Source: Tubiluchus corallicola (Eukaryota > Animalia > Priapulida). Taken from it: DNA of 46,259 nt. The position numbers were made by a program, and so were the translations under genes. The stretch covers positions 1-46,259 of the forward strand of contig JAQGDQ010001338.1 in assembly GCA_030141605.1 (NCBI GenBank), given 5' to 3'. Positions within the stretch are counted from its first letter, which is position 1, and the number at the start of each line of letters is the position of its first letter. The notes beneath the pieces were generated by a model. The model searched no databases. It worked only from the letters and a program-made list of their open reading frames with translations, and was not told where the DNA came from. Positions 36,924-46,259 of the stretch are shown piece by piece.

Positions 36924-37165
36924 AGATGGATTGGGCGTATGCTTAGACTACCTGATGATAGTCCGGTGAAGATAGCTCTTCAACAAGCCATAGAACCAGC
37001 TAAAAAACCTGCAGGAGGACAAATGTTAACATTGTTCATTAGCATTGATCCTTAGAAATAAATCTACTTGGGGCATTGCAGCGTGTAGGGAGTCCTGGCA
37101 TAGGGAGGTGAACAGAATCATGTCACTGGACGTGTGATTCATTGCATCATGATGATGATGATGAT
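36924..37165 (+). mobile_element. 5'-truncated RTE LINE, same family as 28755
   Basis: RWIGRMLRLPDDSPVKIALQQ...; single 3' end with (GAT)n. Confidence 0.88.
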
Positions 37166-38159
37166 CTTTTGTGAGACTGCCATAACAGTGTCTATTTTCT
37201 TGCTGGATCAACTGCTGTGTTTACCTGCCATGAGAACAGAATTCTTTTATTTTAGAATTCTGCTTGCCAAATGTTTGCAATAGACATAATGGACATTATA
37301 AGAATTTAGAATTTCATTACAAGCACATACATTACAATACAATGGCATACGTACAACCAAAACAACAATAAAATGAGCATGATGATTCTTCTGTTAATAA
37401 ATTTTCCTATTACATCTAGAGCAAGCACAAATAATGGCTAGATACCCAAAGTGATCTGTTACGCATCACTCTCACAGTTACAGGAAAACGTTGATGAAGA
37501 ATTTCACAAATATGTTAAATCCGTGTTTCTAAAAAATGAAGTGTTAGCGCCTTAAATGCATTCTGCAATACAGAAAACACTGCGCAACTCAAAATCGCCT
37601 AACTCAAAGAATTTCAGCGGAATGAATGAAATCCATGGATTTTTCCCCACAAAAAAAACATTGCCTAACTCGAAATATATAACTCTAATAATAAATGGTG
37701 GTCCATTTAATGAAAATACGTGTAATTTACTTAGTCTAGCTCAAAAATGCAATCTGTGCTCCAGAAAATTGAACGTGCATCCCGATCGTTTTCTCCGGGA
37801 TTGCAGATGAAGATAACTGAATACTTGTCTGAGATTGTGTAAATTATTGAGCTATGCACAAACTGAACTGCAGTACGTAAGACATTGGCAGCCCTGATGT
37901 CATATTGTTTAGCAGTGTTGTGTACGTGTCCTTTTGTAAGTTAAAAAATTGTGTTTCCCTACATAATTTGTCATTCTTTATGTAATTGTCATCAAATCTC
38001 GTCGTTTATGTATAGAAGGGTTGACTTTCTGCGCTCTCTTTAGCTCGCCATCTGGAGGAGGAGTTTAGAGTTTCTATGCTTAAAAATGATCAACAGCGCC
38101 TAGCTCAAAATATCGCCTAATCCAAAGTTTTTTCGGAATGTGGAATTTACTGTACTAAC

Positions 38160-38226
38160 CTCGGCAAGTCTGTCTGCAAGAGCTTTTACCAAAATGGAGC
38201 TGTAGTCATCCAGTTCCAACTGAAAC
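38160..38226 (-). CDS. MTR: Methionine synthase exon
   Basis: FQLELDDYSSILVKALADRLAE; phase 2/0; absent from the ORF track. Confidence 0.97.
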
Positions 38227-39417
38227 CTGAAACAAAGAACAAACTATTTCGCTGCTCGACGTTTCACTTTTTACAAAAACCGAACCAGTTTTGACATAGA
38301 TCAATGAAAGTGACAGTTCTATAAAACAAAGCTTAGCATAATTGGTCGAACAAAGCTCTCACATTTAAAACTACAAAGCTCATTTCACTACAATTTTTCA
38401 TCTTTAATCCAAATCCAGGCTACACACATTCTAGGTAAGTACAGTAAGTCCTCGCTTAATGACGAAAATGTGACGTTAAGTGAAACATCATTAAACCCAT
38501 TGAAAGTAATGTGTAGAAATTTGCAATCATTTTATTGAAGGTGAGGCATTTTGTATATATTGAGGTATACAATCATATTGAGGTACACAATGTTCACCTC
38601 AAATCACAAAATTGAACAAACAGTCATAAAGTTAGCAATATGATATTTTACAGTAGAAATTTTGCATCCTTTCTCAATGCTGTCTCTAGATCAACTGAAA
38701 CTTGCATGCCTGAGAGAATAAAGCTGTAATCACATGACCAGACATACAAGTTCCTATTGGGAGATACATTACATTCATGCATACAAACCATAAATGGAAA
38801 GGTCACCTATACTCTACAGACTACTAGTTAAACTGAAATCAAAGTCTACTTGGCTTCTTTGATAGCAGAATAAAGATTATTGGTTTACAGAAAGCTGTGT
38901 TATAATTTTTCTCTTTTTAAACTTGAATAAGAGAGTTAGAACCAGAATTAAAGCATGAAATTAACAATCTAATTACTCTGATTAATGACTATCTATAAAA
39001 GCAAAAGGAAATAATATTTAGAAACAAAAATCAATCTCTGACGAACTTTGTACAATTAGAGTAAAACAACGACTGTAGATGGCAGCATAGACTGATTCGG
39101 TACTTTAGTGTAGTAGACTGACAATTAAATGGATCACATAATACTACAATCGCGTACTCGGTACAATAAGCGACATAATGTAAGAATTCAGATACTTCTA
39201 GAGGCAAGAATCACTGCTGGTTAAATCATATACATCAAACATTTTATGAGTTTTGTTCATATTTCTACTGATTAATTTTTCTGCTTAACTATAGTGGTTT
39301 CTCTTTCATAAACGTTTCAGCTTAGACAGCGGTTAGACAGTAAACACTGCAGAGTCAAAGCAAAGGTCTGGGGGATCTTGGCAATTTTATCTAGATATTT
39401 AGTTTGGTTGCTGTAGT

Positions 39418-39970
39418 GACTACGGCCAAATCACGTTGAAAACACCGGTTCTCGTCTGACCACCGAAGTTAAGCAACGTAGAGCCTGGTTAGTACTTGGA
39501 TGGTGAGCGCCTAGGAATACTAGGTGCTGTAGGCTTGCGGGATGCCCACACTGTATCTCGACACTAGGCGGAGGAGCTGAACAAGCAGCAAACGGCTAGA
39601 GGGCGGAGGAGGTCAAGTGACACAACGGCTATGTGTAGAAGAGTAAACCTTCCAAATCAGGAGTGGAGCCCCGAAGGCGGACCAGTGCAGCATGCTCACT
39701 GACTCCGGCAGCTCCTGCAGCCAACCTGGTGCCAAACGTATCGCTCAGCTTTCCTTTGGACTACACCAGGGAGGAAGAAAGGGGGTTCCTGTTGTCTGGG
39801 CAACTCAGGAACTTCATACACCTTGCCCAGGCGTGCGCCCTGGAGACGTTCAAGGATCGCACTGCTCAGCCACAGTCGACGCTGCAGCTCCATCAATGTG
39901 ATCAATAACTGACTCTCTTGGCGCACACTCCATTGTCTTCCGAGACAGAATGCCAACCAACCAACAACCA
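39418..39970 (+). mobile_element. 5S rRNA-derived SINE, copy 2
   Basis: Colinear with copy 1; perfect 9-bp TSD TGCTGTAGT (39409-39417, 39971-39979). Confidence 0.93.
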
Positions 39971-40161
39971 TGCTGTAGTAACAGGTTGCATGCATAAAGT
40001 TTGCTTCCAGGTCTCACTTGATGTAAATGGCTAGCCTTTAGTAATCAGTTGGGAAGCAAAAACGCATATTATAATTACACTGTTTAAGTTACTAGCGGAT
40101 TTTTAGAACAGAATAACACAATACTGTTTTAGTAGTGCTTTGAGCAAGGTAAAAAAATCGA

Positions 40162-40866
40162 CATTAAAGTGAAACGTGCGTCGTTAAGTGAAAAAGGTGT
40201 CAAATGATCAGTGTCATTAAAATGAAACGTGCGTCGTTAAGTGAAAAAGGTGTCAAATGATCAGTGTTGTTAAAGTGAAACGTGCGTCGTTAAGTGAAAA
40301 AGGTGTCAAATGATCAGTGTCATTAAAATGAAACGTGCGTCGTTAAGTGAAAAAGGTGTCAAATGATCAGTGTTGTTAAAGTGAAACGTGCGTCGTTAAG
40401 TGAAAAAAGTATCAAATGATCAGTGTCATTAAAATGAAACGTGCGTCGTTAAGTGAAAAAGGTGTCAAATGATCAGTGTTGTTAAAGTGAAACGTGCGTC
40501 GTTAAGTGAAAAAGGTGTCAAATGATCAGTGTCATTAAAGTGAAACGTGCGTCGTTAAGTGAAAAAGGTGTCAAATGATCAGTGTCGTTAAAGTGAAACG
40601 TGCGTCGTTAAGTGAAAAAGGTGTCAAATGATCAGTGTCATTAAAGTGAAACGTGCGTCGTTAAGTAAAAAAAGGTGTCAAATGATCAGTGTCGTTAAAG
40701 TGAAACGTGCGTCGTTAAGTAAAAAAAGGTGTCAAATGATCAGTGTCGTTAAAGTGAAACGTGCGCCGTTAAGAGAAAAAGGTGTCAAATGATCAGTGTC
40801 ATTAAAGTGAAACGTGCGTCGTTAAGTAAAAAAAGGTGTCAAATGATCAGTGTCGTTAAACGAAAC
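40162..40866. repeat. 53-bp tandem array, ~13 copies
   Basis: TAAAGTGAAACGTGCGTCGTTAAGTGAAAAAGGTGTCAAATGATCAGTGTCAT repeated up to the right TIR. Confidence 0.97.
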
Positions 40867-41010
40867 GTCGCCAAACGGGGGAGTCGTTAAGCGAGGACTT
40901 ACTGTAGTATGTTGAGCAAAGAAAAACATTAATGATTTAAAGATGTTTACAGATTCTATTCAATTATGTTTTTCTAGCAAAAGCTAAATGGAGTAAAGAA
41001 AAACTGTTAC

Positions 41011-41144
41011 CTTTTAGACAACTCGTCGGCTCCAAAACCAGCGCTAAGAGCAAACAGACCGACATAGTCTTGGACACCGGATCCCGCAGCTGCGACAAAA
41101 TCTGATATGCACAGGTACGGATCGTCTGCAGAGTCCTGCTCCGC
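41011..41144 (-). CDS. MTR: Methionine synthase exon
   Basis: [44 protein letters not shown]; phase 0/2. Confidence 0.97.
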
Positions 41145-41670
41145 CTGGCAAAATGAAAAAAAAGATGTCGTATGTTTTCCATAAACTAAACTTTTTTTAT
41201 ATGATCCATTACTCAATGGCAGCGCCTGTTCAACATGATGCTTGTAGTGTTACAGGAGCCTGAGTCATTGTAAAAGCCAATCTTCTAACATGAGCCACTG
41301 AACCAACAGATCATTGTAAAAGCCAATCTTCTAACATGAGCCACTGAATCAATAGAAGTGCCTCAGCCAACAGATGGACGTGTATACATCATGCCTCTTG
41401 AGGTAAGAACCAAGTTTACAAACGACTCTACTGGCGTAAATATTGAACCTAGGTGGCCACACCACACAAAGATACGTTGTAGATTTAGCCACCAGCAGAA
41501 GCGGTACAGTAATGCTTGTTTGGTAAATATGCATTGATGAAATTACACCCGATTGGCCGGTATTTAGGTGACCATGTAGTCGCCAGCGGGCGAGGGTTAA
41601 AGCGTCACAGAATTTTATAATCCTAGTTATAGTAAAATAATTTATTAAGTCGCTAGTACAAAAGCGGCAC

Positions 41671-41864
41671 CTGTTGTCGAAGTCCATGAAACACAGCCAA
41701 GGGTTCGGTTCCCACGGAGTTCTCATCAGCATAGACATGGATGTCGTCACCAACGGATGATGCCGGATACAAACCGACGACGCCGTGAGCCGTTAGCAGC
41801 TTCTCACTGATAACACGCTGCAGCATCCGCTGAGCCTCATCATACAGCGTCTTTGCTTCTTCGC
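41671..41864 (-). CDS. MTR: Methionine synthase exon
   Basis: EEAKTLYDEAQRMLQRVISEKLLTAHGVVGLYPASSVGDDIHVY...FHGLRQQ; phase 1/0; AAG acceptor. Confidence 0.96.
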
Positions 41865-42061
41865 CTTAGTAATGTAATTAAAGGGGAAAAATTTGAATTT
41901 TTGTTTAAGTGTTAGAGATCACACAGTTGGCATTTTAGCCACAGACAAATCGCAAAAGGCCGCAGCTTGCCGTTTGGGGATTAAGTTTCCTGCTGTTGAC
42001 TCGGTGCATTAATGAAATCTCAATTACCCTTGTACATCTGCTACTTTACTTTCTTGTGCCT

Positions 42062-42460
42062 AAATAATAATGATAATAACAACAACAACAGCAGCAGCAG
42101 CAATAACAAAAGCAACAACAACAATATAAACAAACAACAACACCAACACAACAACAACAGCAGCAGCAGCAATAACAAAAGCAACAACAACAATATAAAC
42201 AAACAACAACACCAACCCAACAACGAAAACAACAACAACAACAGCAACAGCAGCAGCAACAACAACAACAACAAGACCAACACAACAACAACGACAGTAG
42301 CAGCCGCAACAAAAACAATAACAACAGCAGCAGCAGCAGCAGCAACAACAACAATATAAACAAACAACAACACCAACACAACCACAACAACATAAACAAA
42401 CAACAACATAACGACAACAACAACAACAACAATAACAACAACAATAAAATAATAATAATG
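42062..42460. repeat. Compound (CAA/CAG/AAT)n microsatellite with internal block duplications
   Basis: Direct. Confidence 0.95.
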
Positions 42461-43099
42461 CTGTATCTATGAGTACACAGCAACATTATTTTCAATGCAC
42501 ACAAGGCATAGGTTGTTATTATCACAGATTTATCCACCCTAGTACACTAAAGTGCAAATTTAATGTTGCATCAGACACTCTTTTTAAAATCACAGTTTGC
42601 TGAGTGGAAGCACGAGTATTCCGCAAGTAACATTACTTAACTAAGAGAAATTGAACAAAATTTCTACTATTATCAGGTTACGACATTGAAAGCTAGAATT
42701 AATGAACTACTATGGTTTATTTTCGACAATTTACCCAGAGTTAAAAGAGCAAGGAAACATTACATTGTGAGGCAGTCGGGATTTGAACTGAAGACCTTAC
42801 AATTAGAACTCGCATAAGCTATCATGCGAGCTAGGAATCCAACATGACGAAAACGGTAGCCTTATAGCACACAATCTGATAGTGGCACCCTGTACCCATG
42901 CTACAAGGGGAAGATACAGTCAACATTCAAATTAGCTAGTATAAAAATAATAATAGTAATTAAAATAATAATACAGAAACCAGGACAATTCCACCACACT
43001 GAAATCTATCAGGACCCGTAATCTACGGCGATTTCTCATAAGCAAAACCATTAAAAACTCCAAAAAGAACAGTAAGACATATCGAACATCCAAACTTAC

Positions 43100-43255
43100 C
43101 GACATTCTTATCGTTAAAGATTTTGGGAAATCCTCGGTTTGGATAACGACCTCGCAGCTGCCAAACGTCAAAAAAAGGTTTCCAGTCGATGTAAGACGAC
43201 AAACGAGACAAGTCGTAATCACGGAACACACGAACACCAAAAAATGACGGTTTAA
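43100..43255 (-). CDS. MTR: Methionine synthase exon; the gene continues upstream beyond the window
   Basis: [51 protein letters not shown]; phase 1/1. Confidence 0.98.
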
Positions 43256-43494
43256 CTAAAATGAGAATAAGTGTCTTTATTAAAGTAAAAAGTTTTACAG
43301 GAAAAGCGACGTTATCGCGACAAATTTAGGTATTGTTATGAAGCATTGTTATGAGATATGTACCCTTTCACAATTCAGCGAACTGCCGCGTACCCCTTAA
43401 CATTTTTTAGTAATATGAATTTCAAGAAACATTACTACTATTGCGAAGTTCGTTAGCCTCCAATTTAATTTGGAAAACCCACAAAATAAGAAAA

Positions 43495-46259
43495 AAGCTC
43501 TTATTTTCAATTTACACGTGTATTTGTTTGTAGTATTCTCTCTACTTATACTCCTTATTAAAAGCCCTTATTTACACGTGTATTTGTTTGTAGTATTCTC
43601 TCTACTTATACTCCTTATTAAAAGCTCTTATTTTCAATTTACACGTGTATTTGTTTGTAGTATTCTCTCTACTTATACTCCTTATTAAAAGCCCTTATTT
43701 TCAATTTACACGTGTATTTGTTTGTAGTATTCTCTCTACTTATACTCTTTATTAAAAGCCATTATTTCCAATTTACACGTGTATTTGTTTGTAGTATTCT
43801 CTCTACTTATACTCCTTATTAAAAGCCATTATTTCCAATTTACACGTGTATTTGTTTGTAGTATTCTCTCTACTTATACTCCTTATTAAAAGCCCTTATT
43901 TCCAATTTACACGTGTATTTGTTTGTAGTATTCTCTCTACTTATACTCTTTATTAAAAGCCCTTATTTCCAATTTACACGTGTATTTGTTTGTAGTATTC
44001 TCTCTACTTATACTCTTTATTAAAAGCCATTATTTCCAATTTACACGTGTATTTGTTTGTAGTATTCTCTCTACTTATACTCTTTATTAAAAGCCCTTAT
44101 TTCCAATTTACACGTGTATTTGTTTGTAGTATTCTCTCTACTTATACTCTTTATTAAAAGCCATTATTTCCAATTTACACGTGTATTTGTTTGTAGTATT
44201 CTCTCTACTTATACTCTTTATTAAAAGCCCTTATTTCCAATTTACACGTGTATTTGTTTGTAGTATTCTCTCTACTTATACTCTTATTAAAAGCCATTAT
44301 TTCAATTTACACGTGTATTTGTTTGTATTTTCTACTTATACTCTTTATTAAAAGCCTTATTTCCAATTTACACGTGTATTTGTTTGTAGTATTCTCTCTA
44401 CTTACTCCTTATTAAAAGCCCTTATTTCCAATTTACACGTGTATTTGTTTGTAGTATTCACTCTACTTATACTCTTTATTAAAAGCCATTATTTCCAATT
44501 TACACGTGTATTTGTTTGTAGTATTCTCTCTACTTATACTCCTTATTAAAAGCCATTATTTCCAATTTACACGTGTATTTGTTTGTAGTATTCTCTCTAC
44601 TTATACTCTTTATTAAAAGCCATTATTTCCAATTTACACGTGTATTTATTCGTAGTATTCTCTCTAATTATACACATTAAAAGCTCTTATTTCCAATTTA
44701 CACGTGTATTTATTTGTAGTATTCTCTCTACTTATACTCTTTATTAAAAGCCATTATTTCCAATTTACACGTGTATTTGTTTGTAGTATTCTCTCTACTT
44801 ATACTCCTTATTAAAAGCCATTATTTCCAATTTACACGTGTATTTGTTTGTAGTATTCTCTCTACTTATACTCCTTATTAAAAGCCATTATTTCCAATTT
44901 ACACGTGTATTTGTTTGTAGTATTCTCTCTACTTATACTCCTTATTAAAAGCCATTATTTCCAATTTACACGTGTATTTGTTTGTAGTATTCTCTCTAAT
45001 TATACACATTAAAATTTCTTATTTCCAATTTACACGTGTATTTGTTTGTAGTATTCACTCTACTTATACTCTTTATTAAAAGCCATTATTTCCAATTTAC
45101 ACGTGTATTTGTTTGTAGTATTCTCTCTACTTATACTCCTTATTAAAAGCCATTATTTCCAATTTACACGTGTATTTGTTTGTAGTATTCTCTCTACTTA
45201 TACTCTTTATTAAAAGCCCTTATTTTCAATTTACACGTGTATTTGTTTGTAGTATTCTCTCTACTTATACTCCTTATTAAAAGCCATTATTTCCAATTTA
45301 CACGTGTATTTGTTTGTAGTATTCTCTCTACTTATACTCCTTATTAAAAGCCATTATTTCCAATTTACACGTGTATTTGTTTGTAGTATTCACTCTACTT
45401 ATACTCTTTATTAAAAGCCATTATTTCCAATTTACACGTGTATTTGTTTGTAGTATTCTCTCTACTTATACTCCTTATTAAAAGCCATTATTTCCAATTT
45501 ACACGTGTATTTGTTTGTAGTATTCTCTCTACTTATACTCTTTATTAAAAGCCCTTATTTCCAATTTACACGTGTATTTGTTTGTAGTATTCTCTCTACT
45601 TATACTCCTTATTAAAAGCCATTATTTCCAATTTACACGTGTATTTGTTTGTAGTATCTTCTACTTATACTCTTTATTAAAAGCCATTATTTCCAATTTA
45701 CACGTGTATTTGTTTGTAGTATTCTCTCTACTTATACTCTTTATTAAAAGCCCTTATTTCCAATTTACACGTGTATTTGTTTGTAGTATTCTCTCTACTT
45801 ATACTCTTTATTAAAAGCCATTATTTCCAATTTACACGTGTATCTGTTTGTAGTATTCTCTCTACTTATACTCTTTATTAAAAGCCCTTATTTCCAATTT
45901 ACACGTGTATTTATTTGTAGTATTCTCTCTACTTATACTCCTTATTAAAAGCCCTTATTTCCAATTTACACGTGTATTTGTTTGTAGTATTCTCTCTACT
46001 TATACTCCTTATTAAAAGCCCTTATTTCCAATTTACACGTGTATTTATTTGTAGTATTCTCTCTACTTATACTCTTTATTAAAAGCTCTTATTTCCAATT
46101 TACACGTGTATTTATTTGTAGTATTCTCTCTACTTATACTCTTTATTAAAAGCCCTTATTTCCAATTTACACGTGTATTTATTTGTAGTATTCTCTCTAC
46201 TTATACTCCTTATTAAAAGCCCTTATTTCCAATTTACACGTGTATTTATTTGTAGTATT
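43495..46259. repeat. 67-bp minisatellite, ~41 copies, runs off window end
   Basis: AATTTACACGTGTATTTGTTTGTAGTATTCTCTCTACTTATACTCTTTATTAAAAGCCATTATTTCC repeated; lies in an MTR intron. Confidence 0.99.

Larger units (their letters stand above)
38442..40904. mobile_element. pogo/Tigger-like non-autonomous element with a nested SINE3 and a subterminal array
   Basis: 22-bp TIRs CAGTAAGTCCTCGCTTAA(T/C)GAC; TA on both sides. Confidence 0.88.

Noticed and set aside
33153-37302. 13-bp match TGGACATTATAAG at 33153 and 37290 as a possible TSD
   Set aside because: The interval contains an authentic MTR exon, so it cannot be a single insertion; likely chance
41865-41895. U12-like branch sequence before the AAG acceptor in MTR
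   Set aside because: The partner donor is GTAAGT (U2-type)
42012-42537. Poly-N/L/C ORFs
   Set aside because: Trinucleotide microsatellite artefacts

Overview
This is AT-rich, intron-rich animal (probably invertebrate) nuclear DNA, not prokaryotic, and it has no CRISPR array. It carries a complete 7-exon CHMP1B-like ESCRT-III gene on + (7991-25155, 200 aa), whose first intron is U12-type (minor spliceosome). The last 7 coding exons of cobalamin-dependent methionine synthase (MTR) lie on - (43255-30258), convergent with CHMP1. A spliced Brinker/pogo-type HTH DNA-binding-domain exon lies on - (3506-3258), divergent from CHMP1. The introns are packed with non-autonomous DNA transposons (hAT-, pogo/Tigger- and piggyBac-like MITEs), LINE fragments (RTE, CR1/L2-like), tRNA-derived SINEs and two full 5S-rRNA-headed SINEs with a Deu/Nin-like core. 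Roughly a quarter of the window is tandem arrays, and several can be seen to have grown from inside single transposon copies: a ~100 x 35-bp array inside a SINE, a 13 x 53-bp array inside a MITE, and multimers of LINE 3' ends. All very long ORFs in the ORF track come from these repeats. One of them (60-bp array) could be an in-frame alternative last exon of MTR. Family names are from recall and have not been confirmed by database search.
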